In this document: in pieces, positions 18,755 through 27,681 of the stretch
Layout of the letters: every line of letters begins with the position of its first letter
Position numbering within the stretch: position 1 is the first letter of the stretch
NCBI GenBank assembly: GCA_017459795.1
Contig: JAFUCG010000127.1
Span: 13,514-77,513 of the forward strand
Reading direction: 5' to 3'
Source: Erysipelotrichaceae bacterium
Lineage (GTDB): Bacteria; Bacillota_I; Bacilli_A; Erysipelotrichales; Erysipelotrichaceae
Length of the DNA: 64,000 nt
Program-made: the position numbers and the translations under genes
Notes under the pieces: generated by a model
Database searches by the model: none
Seen by the model: the letters and a program-made list of their open reading frames with translations, nothing else
Told to the model about the DNA's origin: nothing

Positions 18755-19924
18755 ATGCATAATATTATGGAAGACGAGAAGATTGTTTTAACATTAGATC
18801 CTAACGGAGATTTACCAAAGGCACAGGCATTGGCAGAAGAAAAGGCTGAAGCACAGCCTGAAGTAGTACCTGCTCCATTAGATTCTTCATCATTATCAAC
18901 AGAAGAAGCCGAAATGGTAGAGGAATTCTCAAAGAAAATTGACATTACCCAGACTGATACAGTAATGCAGTATGGTGCAAGTGCTCAGAAGAAGATCTCT
19001 GATTTCTCTGATGCTACATTAAAGAACATCAAGACCAAGGACTTAGGCGAAATCGGCAACATGATTTCTGACCTGGTTGTTGAATTAAAGGGCTTTGACA
19101 TTGATGAAAAAGATGACAAGGGATTCTTCAGCCTATTCAACATCTTTAAGAAGGCAGGCAACTCATTCACAGCCTTAAAGGCAAGATATGACGCTGCTGA
19201 AATCAATGTTACAAAGGTTGCCAACATCTTGGAAGACCATCAGATTCAGTTATTAAAGGACATTACTGTTCTTGATGAACTGTATGAAAGAAATACTCAG
19301 AACAAGAAGGAACTGACAATGTACATCTTAGCCGGTCAGAAGAAGCTGAAACATGCTCAGGAAGTTGAATTACCTGCATTAGTAGCCAAGGCTAAGGAAA
19401 CAGGAACTGAAGATGATGCTCAGGCAGCTAACGACTACGCTAACCTGATCAACCGTTTTGAAAAGAAACTGCATGACCTGGAATTAACCAGAATGATTTC
19501 AATTCAGATGGCTCCACAGATCCGTTTGATCCAGAACAACGATACCTTAATGGCTGAAAAGATCCAGTCAACCTTAACAAATACCATTCCTCTGTGGAAG
19601 TCACAGATGGTCATTGCCTTAGGTCTGCAGCATTCTCAGGATGCCATCGCAGCTGAAGAAGCAGTAGATAAGGTAACCAATGACTTATTAAGAAAGAACG
19701 CTGAAAAGCTGAAACAGTCAACTATCGATACAGCTAAGGCAAGCGAACGTGCAATCGTTGAAGTAGAAACATTAAAGTTCACTAACCAGTCATTAATCGA
19801 CACATTAGATGAAGTACTGAAGATTCAGGATGAAGGCCGTGCAAAACGTGCTGCAGCTGAAGTTGAATTACGTAAGTTAGAAGAAGAACTGAAGCAGAAA
19901 TTACTGGAAGTTAGAAAGAACTAA
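18755..19924 (+). CDS. telA: TelA/YaaN-family toxic anion resistance protein
   Basis: 389 aa, helical. The conserved N-terminal region MQYGASAQKKISDFSDATLKNIKTKDLGEIG is typical of TelA. Confidence 0.8.
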   Translation: MHNIMEDEKIVLTLDPNGDLPKAQALAEEKAEAQPEVVPAPLDSSSLSTEEAEMVEEFSKKIDITQTDTVMQYGASAQKKISDFSDATLKNIKTKDLGEIGNMISDLVVELKGFDIDEKDDKGFFSLFNIFKKAGNSFTALKARYDAAEINVTKVANILEDHQIQLLKDITVLDELYERNTQNKKELTMYILAGQKKLKHAQEVELPALVAKAKETGTEDDAQAANDYANLINRFEKKLHDLELTRMISIQMAPQIRLIQNNDTLMAEKIQSTLTNTIPLWKSQMVIALGLQHSQDAIAAEEAVDKVTNDLLRKNAEKLKQSTIDTAKASERAIVEVETLKFTNQSLIDTLDEVLKIQDEGRAKRAAAEVELRKLEEELKQKLLEVRKN

Positions 19925-19929
19925 TTAAA

Positions 19930-20466
19930 GTGAAAAACGTCAGAACCGCGATAATTATAATGTTGGTTGTCATTTGCGGTTCATCAACCTTGTCAGCCGT
20001 AAGTTCAATGAACAAGATGGTAAAGAACGTTAATGATTACTTCTTTAACGGTGATGGACAGTACACAAATCAATCAATATACAGTGATATCGTTGATAAG
20101 ACTGAAATAGCTTCAAACCTGGTAAATCTTTCCAAGAATTACGTTTCAGGTAACGATGAACACATCAAGGCAATTACCAAGGCTGTCAACGACATCAAAT
20201 CAGAAACTTCAGTTTCAAAACTATATGATCTTACTTCAACTTTAGACACAAACGTTAACTGGCTGTTAACAGAACTTGGCAATACGGCTCTGAATCCAAC
20301 CGATAACGATATGCTTATCAAGTATCAGAGTCAGTACCGTTCTGAAACAAACACCATCAACAGCAGTGATTACAACACCAAGGTAAGAAACTACGATAAC
20401 GAAGTTTCAGGAGTCCCTGGAAGCATATTTAAGATTTTCGCTAATAAGGCAGAATATTTCGAATAG
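19930..20466 (+). CDS. LemA-like membrane-anchored protein (divergent)
   Basis: GTG start and an N-terminal TM segment. The C-terminal YNTKVRNYDNEVSGVPGSIFKIFANKAEYFE matches the LemA pattern YNxxVxxYNxxIxxFPxxxxAxxxxxxxxxYF. It is paired with a TPM gene. Confidence 0.5.
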   Translation: MKNVRTAIIIMLVVICGSSTLSAVSSMNKMVKNVNDYFFNGDGQYTNQSIYSDIVDKTEIASNLVNLSKNYVSGNDEHIKAITKAVNDIKSETSVSKLYDLTSTLDTNVNWLLTELGNTALNPTDNDMLIKYQSQYRSETNTINSSDYNTKVRNYDNEVSGVPGSIFKIFANKAEYFE

Positions 20467-20474
20467 GAGAAAAA

Positions 20475-21359
20475 ATGAAGAAGTTAACAGGTTTATTTCT
20501 GGCATTACTAATGTTATTTACGCCGGCAGTCGTGTCTGCGAGTATTTCCGTGCCGGAAAGAACCAGTAACACAACCTGGGTAGAGGATTACGCTGATGTA
20601 TTAACTCCTTCTACCGAAAAATACATCCAGGAGTATTCTCAGAAATTAGCTGATGATCACAGTGCCTGTATCGTTGTTGTTACGATGGATTATGTAACTG
20701 GAGAGATTGATGACTATGCCTTAAGTCTTTTCAACCAGTGGAAGATAGGTGACGGGACATTTAATAACGGTGTCTTACTACTGTTATCCATTGGTGATGA
20801 TGACTACTACATGATGATAGGCAGAGGCCTGGAAGATTCTTTCCCTATTTATGATATTCAGGAATTATTAGACAACTATCTGGAACCAGATTTCGCCGCA
20901 AAGAACTATGATGTCGGTGTCAGAAGTGTATTTGAACACACCTATGATTACATGGAGAACAACATCTACTACCAGGGTGGCGGCGGTGGAAGCAGTGATC
21001 CATACAACGAAGGCAGTACATTCTTCAGCGGTTTATTGGTAATCATCTGCATGATAGTATGCTTCATAATAATTATTTCGGTATTAAGATCTGTACACCG
21101 TGTACGCAGATATTATGAGCCAACATATTACTACACCAGACCAAGACATACAACTTATTATTCACCATACGCATACCGCCCTTTCACCACACATTATTAC
21201 AGTGGTGGAGGCTCACATAGCTCTTCACACAGCTATTCAGGTGGCGGTGGATATTCTGGCCACAGTTCATCAAGTCATTCTTCCGGTGGAGGTTTCCACT
21301 CAGGAGGAGGAACATCATTTGGTGGCTCATCAAGAGGTGCCGGTGCTGGAAGACACTAA
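20475..21359 (+). CDS. TPM-domain (YgcG-like) protein with TM segment and Gly/Ser/Tyr/His-rich tail
   Basis: Signal peptide, TPM motif VEDYADVLTP...VVVT...GVLLLLSIGD, a TM segment, then a low-complexity tail. Confidence 0.8.
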   Translation: MKKLTGLFLALLMLFTPAVVSASISVPERTSNTTWVEDYADVLTPSTEKYIQEYSQKLADDHSACIVVVTMDYVTGEIDDYALSLFNQWKIGDGTFNNGVLLLLSIGDDDYYMMIGRGLEDSFPIYDIQELLDNYLEPDFAAKNYDVGVRSVFEHTYDYMENNIYYQGGGGGSSDPYNEGSTFFSGLLVIICMIVCFIIIISVLRSVHRVRRYYEPTYYYTRPRHTTYYSPYAYRPFTTHYYSGGGSHSSSHSYSGGGGYSGHSSSSHSSGGGFHSGGGTSFGGSSRGAGAGRH

Positions 21360-21386
21360 AGCGATCCAATTGGATCGCTTTTTTAA
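21359..21386. terminator. Bidirectional rho-independent terminator
   Basis: AAGCGATCCA-at-TGGATCGCTT followed by TTTTTT. It lies between convergent genes. Confidence 0.85.
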
Positions 21387-21841
21387 TTATCTGTTACTTC
21401 AAACTGCTTCTTTGTTGTATCAAGTCTCAGGATCACATCATTCTTTTCAGCTATTGTAAGGTCATGCGTTACCATTATTATGCACTTGTTTCTCTCATGA
21501 GCTAACTTCATGAATAATTCTATTATCCCCTCACTTGTCTCATGATCCAGATTCCCCGTTGGCTCATCAGCCATGATGATGTCCACATTAGTGCTTAACG
21601 CTCTCGCTATCGCTGTCCTCTGCTGCTCTCCCCCTGAAAGCCTGTTGACTCTTCTGTCTGCCGTCTCCTTATCTATTCCTAATTCCTCTAACAGTTTATA
21701 TGCTGTTTCCTTCTTGTTTCCTTCTATCTTATTCTCCGTGATGCCCATGGCTACCAATACATTCTCTACTGCCGTCATGTACTGGATGAGGTTATAGTTC
21801 TGAAAGACTATGCCGATGCAGTTCTTGATCCACAATAACAC
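21383..21841 (-). pseudogene. 5'-truncated ABC transporter ATP-binding gene (Walker A region missing)
   Basis: The ORF begins at ...IGIVFQNYNL (Q-loop) and retains LSGGEQQR and Walker B IIMADEPTGNLD. No upstream coding sequence encodes a P-loop. It is a paralog of 22784..23458. Confidence 0.75.
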
Positions 21842-21989
21842 CTTCTTATAATTATAATTTAACAGTTAAGCAGGAAAGCTATAATATCCGAATATATTGT
21901 ATAACTATCCTGATCACAAATATTATCTTATAACACTAAATAGGTGTACACGACCCAAAGCTTTAGATATCAAATTAACCAAAATAAAG

Positions 21990-22020
21990 GAAATCTGCCT
22001 CAATACTATTAGCAGATTTC
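21990..22020 (-). terminator. Rho-independent terminator after the Big_2 gene
   Basis: GAAATCTGC / GCAGATTTC stem followed by CTTTATTTT on the minus strand. Confidence 0.7.
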
Positions 22021-22048
22021 TGTTTGTATTTCCGTTTTTGTTGTTATA

Positions 22049-22390
22049 TTAGTGCCATGGAACTACTGTTATTTCTATTTCCTTGATAATCTCTTTTTTA
22101 TCCATGCAATGGATTATGGTGCTTCCTTCCTTGATTCCTTTTATAGAAATTTTATTTTTCATTGTTTCAACAATATCAGGATCTTTGGAAACAATATTAA
22201 ATCTTAGAAAAGATGGATCAGGATAAATATAGTTTATTATCTGTTTTGTTTCACCAACATGTATTGTATAGCTATCCGAAAATGTATCAACAGTTTTAAC
22301 TGCAGGAAGTGTAAACCATTCCCACGCTATGAAGCCACAAACAAGACTAAATAAAACAAGTAAAACGATTCTTTTTTTGTTTAATTGCAT
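22049..22390 (-). CDS. Small membrane-anchored protein with a bacterial Ig-like (Big_2-type) domain
   Basis: N-terminal TM segment, then YTIHVGETKQI...SKDPDIVET...IKGIKEGSTII, a Big_2-like pattern. The start is uncertain (22390-22417). Confidence 0.5.
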   Translation of the reverse strand: MQLNKKRIVLLVLFSLVCGFIAWEWFTLPAVKTVDTFSDSYTIHVGETKQIINYIYPDPSFLRFNIVSKDPDIVETMKNKISIKGIKEGSTIIHCMDKKEIIKEIEITVVPWH

Positions 22391-22397
22391 TTGTCTA

Positions 22398-22736
22398 CTA
22401 CCCATTACCCTTTTCAATTACAGAAGAAGCAGCTGCCATTTCATTGTATATAATAATGCTCATTGCATTTGACATAAGTATTATAGTCAGCATTATAACA
22501 GTCCTCAGTCTGTCAACACCTATCACGCCTGTTTTGTAGCTCAGAAAAGTTGATAAGAATATTAGTGATGGGACAACAATAAAGCTTATAAAGCACTGTT
22601 TATTATAAAACACTTTTTTGTTACGGCATGCAATAAAAAGGAAGACCGTCATTATCACATTAATGACCGCACAAAGTTTCATGTTAAACAGACATAGCAC
22701 GATGTCACATACTGATATTAATATTACCTCTTTCAT
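22398..22736 (-). CDS. Small polytopic membrane protein, unknown function
   Basis: 112 aa with 3-4 hydrophobic segments, located in the operon with the ABC genes. Confidence 0.5.
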   Translation of the reverse strand: MKEVILISVCDIVLCLFNMKLCAVINVIMTVFLFIACRNKKVFYNKQCFISFIVVPSLIFLSTFLSYKTGVIGVDRLRTVIMLTIILMSNAMSIIIYNEMAAASSVIEKGNG

Positions 22737-22783
22737 ACATTATAAATCCTTATCCCAAAGATATAATAATTTTTATATTACTG

Positions 22784-23458
22784 TTATGCCCTGACTATCT
22801 TCTTGTTTTCCTGATCCAATGTGTAAATGACATCACACATCTCCGCAAGTCTTTCGTTGTGAGTTACCATGATTACACATTTATTTCTCTCCTTTGCCAG
22901 GCTTTTAAATATGCCCATGACTTCATCACTTGTATTACTGTCAAGATTACCGGTTGGTTCATCAGCTACTATGATATCAGAATCAGTTAGAATACTTCTG
23001 GCAATGGCTACTCTCTGCTGTTCTCCACCAGATAACGATGATGATTTTCTTCTGGTTTTCTCCTTACTGATCCCTAATTCCTCTAAAACACTGTAGATCT
23101 CATCGTCATTGATCTTTGTGACATTTTCACTAATATCCATCGCAATCTTGATGTTATCAACTGCGTTGTAATTATTTATCAAATTATAATTCTGATAGAT
23201 CATGCTTACTCCTGTACGGCGGTATTTATCAAGACCTATCTGTTTTATTTCCTGACCCTTGAACTGTACTTCTCCTTCATATCTTGAATCCTGGCCGGCT
23301 ATTACTGACAGGAAAGTGGTTTTTCCACTTCCGCTTTCACCAAGTATTGCATAAAACAATCCCTGCTCAAATGATGCCTCAGCTTTCTCAAAGATGATTC
23401 TTTTTCCCTCTCCGTCTTTATAGAAATAGTTAAGATTTCTTACTTCCAGTATTGCCAT
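22784..23458 (-). CDS. ABC transporter ATP-binding protein (MacB/FtsE-LolD type)
   Basis: Walker A GESGSGKTT, LSGGEQQR, Walker B IIVADEPTGNLD and H-loop MVTHN. Confidence 0.93.
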   Translation of the reverse strand: MAILEVRNLNYFYKDGEGKRIIFEKAEASFEQGLFYAILGESGSGKTTFLSVIAGQDSRYEGEVQFKGQEIKQIGLDKYRRTGVSMIYQNYNLINNYNAVDNIKIAMDISENVTKINDDEIYSVLEELGISKEKTRRKSSSLSGGEQQRVAIARSILTDSDIIVADEPTGNLDSNTSDEVMGIFKSLAKERNKCVIMVTHNERLAEMCDVIYTLDQENKKIVRA

Positions 23459-23463
23459 GTTAA

Positions 23464-24951
23464 CTATATACCTCCATTTATCTTATCTCTGAGACTACCG
23501 TGCAGTATACTTTTCATTGAACAACTTACCATAACAAATATGATAATAATCAAACAAATACAGGACATAAGTGCAGCTTTCACAATCTCTGAAAGCCTGA
23601 TACTGTCAAGCTGTATACTGGCGTTACTTATTGTTTCGTTACCATTGACAGACAGCTGCATCAGTTCATATTGAATGTCACCGCTGTTTTTGACTAATGT
23701 CATGAACAGTAATTGGGAAATGCTGTAAGCTATGATGAAACCTATAACTGCCGCAAATATGCCAATGAAACAATAATAACCGGCATACCTCAAAAGTATC
23801 CTTTCTTTACTCTGGCCAAGTGAATAATAAACATTCATTTCTCTTTTTTTACGATTAAGAACAAATAACATCATTGAACTCAGCATTGCTACGGAAGTAA
23901 CGGCACCTACCGCAAATACCACAAAGTAGAAGTTACTTGTTTTATCTACAGATCGCATTACAGTAGCATAATCATTCTGTTTTACTTTCAGCATGCTAGG
24001 ATTCTCTTCCGTTACTATAAATGCACTAGCATTATTACCTCCTCCAGTAATCGTGAATACCTCAGCAGATTTTGTTGAAATCATCTTATAGAAATCATAA
24101 TTACGGGCATAGTAATAATCGAAACTTTCAAGTTTGAACCATACATTATTGATGAACGCCATACTGTAATCGAATAGTTCGTTTTCTATGAAAGCTTCTT
24201 CCATTATACCTTCAGGGATGAGAATACAGTGATTGTTAACAAATGCATCCTGCTTACCATATGACGTATCAAACATTGTATGGTATTTATAAATACCTAT
24301 TACTTCAGCTTCAGTACTATAATACTTGTATACCGATAGTGTGTCACCAGAATAAATCGGGTACCCGGCTATACTTACAGTAAGTTTATCTCCAACTTTA
24401 ATCTTTTCACCGTTGAGATCAACACTCTCATCTACTATGATCTTTTTAGCGTTATTATTTATATCTTCATTTGTAAAGAATCTTCCATCTATAAGCTCAA
24501 TGCTTTCATAATTCTTATAATCAGCACTGGTTATGCCAAGCATTCGATAATAATTATAATCATACTGTTGTTGCTCTTCTTCATAACGCTCAACAATCGC
24601 CTGGTTTGTTCCTAAACTATAACCGTAATCTACAACTCCTTCTTCAAATTTAAATTCCTTAATATCATTATAAAATGTCCGGAAAGCTTCTATGCCTCTT
24701 TTGTCTGTTAATAGTTTTGTTCTGGCATATTCATCCCCATTATATACGCAGTCAAAAATACTGCCGCCTTCTAATTCCAGTCTTATGTCAATATTCTTCA
24801 TCAGACTTCTTTCAATCTGCTGAGAGTTCAACATGATACATGATAAGCCGATTGAAACTGATACTGTCAGCATTATTACCAATATCAGTAAGCTCTCTTT
24901 TTTGCTAGCCTTATATTCAGCTATAATCTTCTCAAAAAAACTCAACTTCAT
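23464..24951 (-). CDS. ABC transporter permease, FtsX/MacB family
   Basis: N-terminal TM, a large extracytoplasmic domain, then a C-terminal 3-TM FtsX-like bundle. The ATG at 24951 lies 1 nt after the upstream stop. Confidence 0.8.
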   Translation of the reverse strand: MKLSFFEKIIAEYKASKKESLLILVIMLTVSVSIGLSCIMLNSQQIERSLMKNIDIRLELEGGSIFDCVYNGDEYARTKLLTDKRGIEAFRTFYNDIKEFKFEEGVVDYGYSLGTNQAIVERYEEEQQQYDYNYYRMLGITSADYKNYESIELIDGRFFTNEDINNNAKKIIVDESVDLNGEKIKVGDKLTVSIAGYPIYSGDTLSVYKYYSTEAEVIGIYKYHTMFDTSYGKQDAFVNNHCILIPEGIMEEAFIENELFDYSMAFINNVWFKLESFDYYYARNYDFYKMISTKSAEVFTITGGGNNASAFIVTEENPSMLKVKQNDYATVMRSVDKTSNFYFVVFAVGAVTSVAMLSSMMLFVLNRKKREMNVYYSLGQSKERILLRYAGYYCFIGIFAAVIGFIIAYSISQLLFMTLVKNSGDIQYELMQLSVNGNETISNASIQLDSIRLSEIVKAALMSCICLIIIIFVMVSCSMKSILHGSLRDKINGGI

Positions 24952-24952
24952 A

Positions 24953-26401
24953 TTATTCACCTGACAGTAATTCCCTAGGAGAATACTTCTTGATTTGATT
25001 ATTAACAACAGTCATATTCACAATAACAAGCAGAACTATATATGCTATGTATACCAAATAATCAAATGGGGAGAAATGCAGACTGATGTTCATAGCAGCG
25101 GCTTTTGCATGATGACCTCCATAAACCAGAATGTCATGACTTGCATTGCTACTTAACAGATAATTTACAATGGTGCCGGAAATAAATTTGCTTAACATAA
25201 ACGCTAAACAACTTGCCACAACATATAGCAAGATTTCCTCTATTATTATCTGTTTTACTATTACTGTTCTTTTTTCGCCAAATGACATCAGCAATCCTAT
25301 TTCTTTTTTTCGATAGTACACGTCAAGTAATATAAGGCCAACACAAAATAGCAGGCACGTTATGTAACTTACCAAAGAAATGGACTTGATATTTTTTGAA
25401 ATGGCTATACAACTGCTTAATGCATCTGATATCTCATTAGTGTTAGTATAATATCCATAACCATGGTCATTTTCTTCTATTACTTTTATCAGTTCCTTAA
25501 GTTGCGCTAATCCTTTAACCTCGAAATAAGCTATTCCTGGAGTAGTATTAAGGTTTATACCCATATAATCATACTCTTCCATCTTATCCATTATCTTCCT
25601 GTAAAATCCTAAAGGATAATAACTGTTTCTATAATGGATAAAATCATTAACCGGTCTGTAAACTCCTACTACTGTTAACTCAAATGATTCCTTAACATAT
25701 CCTCCTTCAGAACTGCAGGATATGCTTACGCCTACTTTGTCACCCGGATGAAGAAAATGAGCTACTATTTCACCATTTTCTTCTCCAACATACAGTGTTC
25801 GACTATTTACAACACAAACATTGTCTCCATTAGCAATTTCCTCTTCAGTAAATGCTCTTCCCTCTATGATCTCTATATCACCATTCCTAATATCCGCAAA
25901 TACTGGGGCATCAACTATAACAGAAGTTATATTAGAGCCTAGAAATGACCACCTGGAAACTGTTCTCTGGTCTTCAATAAAATTACTGATTTCATTTTTA
26001 AAAGAACTATCTGCTTTATTGCGATTATCATATGTTAGTTCTGATACTAAAATTCCATTACTTAATTGCACATCCATAATAGCGTTAGATACAAATGTAC
26101 ATTCCTTATAACTATATAAAGTATCATCTATACTCTCGACATAATCAAAATACTCTCTGGCCTTTTTAAAGTTCTCACGCAAATCACATTCATTTCCAGT
26201 CCAGAATGAATCGTCATTAATTTCACTTGTAACAGAAGCATATAGATTAAGGTTATCGGTGATGTACTCACTGAATACATCACCGATATGATTAATAATT
26301 AATGAACACAAAATCACGAGAAAAAATGCTGATAATAATATAAGCTTTACTATAAACCTTATCTTGTTATTGATGAAATCCAATATTATTCTCTTTTTCA
26401 T
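24953..26401 (-). CDS. ABC transporter permease, FtsX/MacB family (second copy)
   Basis: Same architecture as 23464..24951. Confidence 0.8.
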   Translation of the reverse strand: MKKRIILDFINNKIRFIVKLILLSAFFLVILCSLIINHIGDVFSEYITDNLNLYASVTSEINDDSFWTGNECDLRENFKKAREYFDYVESIDDTLYSYKECTFVSNAIMDVQLSNGILVSELTYDNRNKADSSFKNEISNFIEDQRTVSRWSFLGSNITSVIVDAPVFADIRNGDIEIIEGRAFTEEEIANGDNVCVVNSRTLYVGEENGEIVAHFLHPGDKVGVSISCSSEGGYVKESFELTVVGVYRPVNDFIHYRNSYYPLGFYRKIMDKMEEYDYMGINLNTTPGIAYFEVKGLAQLKELIKVIEENDHGYGYYTNTNEISDALSSCIAISKNIKSISLVSYITCLLFCVGLILLDVYYRKKEIGLLMSFGEKRTVIVKQIIIEEILLYVVASCLAFMLSKFISGTIVNYLLSSNASHDILVYGGHHAKAAAMNISLHFSPFDYLVYIAYIVLLVIVNMTVVNNQIKKYSPRELLSGE

Positions 26402-26652
26402 AATTCGCTTTTTAGAATTATCCTCTATTCTCGTTTAATCAGACTACTATTTCTTTTAAATTAGTTTTTATGAAACCTATGAATGATAATAGTTCTGCAA
26501 GTTTATTATCATTCTGACTAATCCAACTAATACCAGATTGGATTAGTTTTTTATTTGTATGGCTCCATTCTTCACCTCTTGCTCTTCTTATCTCTACATT
26601 AATTGTAGTTAACCACTATTTTTTCTAACAGGACACAATGCGAGAATCTATA

Positions 26653-27528
26653 TTATTTAATCTCTAGTTTTGTGTCCCCTTTTTTCTCCTTTCTTTCTTT
26701 TGTTAAAACTAATGCACAATATAGAAACAGTGAAAAAATAACCACTATGTTCCACCATCTGATCCTGTTGTTTACAAGAGAATAATCAAAGTATAATAAT
26801 CTATTTCGATTCTGATATATTGACCTATACCAACCAATAGAACCACTTAATATCCTAGTTACATATATCAGAACCACTACACTAGGATTAATGTAATTAG
26901 CTTTTTTATAGTATATAATTATCGATACGGCACAAACCAGCGGTAATACTATCCACCTGAAGACTATGAATATTACATGTGTCAGTGATACAAGTTCTAT
27001 ATCATTTAAAAAGAGGAAACCTATTATAGAAAATGCTATTTCACACAAGAAAAATAGTAGTACAGTTAAACATGCGTTCCTCAAATCCTCTTGTTTTTTT
27101 ATTAGATTACGTAGCCATATTATAATTGCTGTCATCAAAACAACATCTTTCACTGTGTACATAATCGTAGATAAAGAAACTTTTACATAATTCCCTTTTG
27201 CGTTAAAAATATCTGATATGTCAAACAGTATACTTGCAAAAGTTAAGGCAAGCGATAGTCCCAATAACAGTATTTTTATGATACTGCTATTCTTCCATTT
27301 AGAAATGTCAGAAGTCTTTTCTAAGTTATCTGTTTGATCATTTAATAAATCATCAACTGATACATTGAATAGATTACTTATTTTCTTTAAATCACTTGCA
27401 GATGGTTCCGCAACTCCAGTTTCCCATTTAGACAAAGTTGGCCTGCTGATATTCAAAGCATCAGCCAAGTCATTTTGAGTATAGTCATTAGTTAATCTCA
27501 ATTCCTTAATCTTATCTTGTAATGTCAT
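26653..27528 (-). CDS. XRE-family HTH regulator fused to a polytopic membrane domain
   Basis: The N-terminal LRLTNDYTQNDLADALNISRPTLSKWETG is a Cro/C1 HTH. The rest carries about 6 predicted TM segments. Confidence 0.8.
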   Translation of the reverse strand: MTLQDKIKELRLTNDYTQNDLADALNISRPTLSKWETGVAEPSASDLKKISNLFNVSVDDLLNDQTDNLEKTSDISKWKNSSIIKILLLGLSLALTFASILFDISDIFNAKGNYVKVSLSTIMYTVKDVVLMTAIIIWLRNLIKKQEDLRNACLTVLLFFLCEIAFSIIGFLFLNDIELVSLTHVIFIVFRWIVLPLVCAVSIIIYYKKANYINPSVVVLIYVTRILSGSIGWYRSIYQNRNRLLYFDYSLVNNRIRWWNIVVIFSLFLYCALVLTKERKEKKGDTKLEIK

Positions 27529-27681
27529 TTTTACTATCCCTTAATAAAATTTTAGTTTTGTAGTTCAATTAATTCAAGAAAATGCGGCCAAATCGATGTG
27601 TTCGATTTTTATACATTGTAATGTTCCAAATAAGAACATTATAAAAACCAGCTTACTTAGTAAACTGGCTTCTCAAATTCT

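Noticed and set aside
26402-26652. The 251-nt gap between the XRE regulator and the first permease contains a plus-oriented terminator-like hairpin (CTAATCCAA...TTGGATTAG followed by TTTTTT). It also has a start-less minus-strand reading frame ending ...RRARGEEWSHTNKKLIQSGISWISQNDNKLAELLSFIGFIKTNLKEIVV.
   Set aside because: The frame has no start codon and no recognisable domain, and the hairpin is oriented against the surrounding transcription. It may be a gene remnant or a regulatory region. The evidence is too thin to call.
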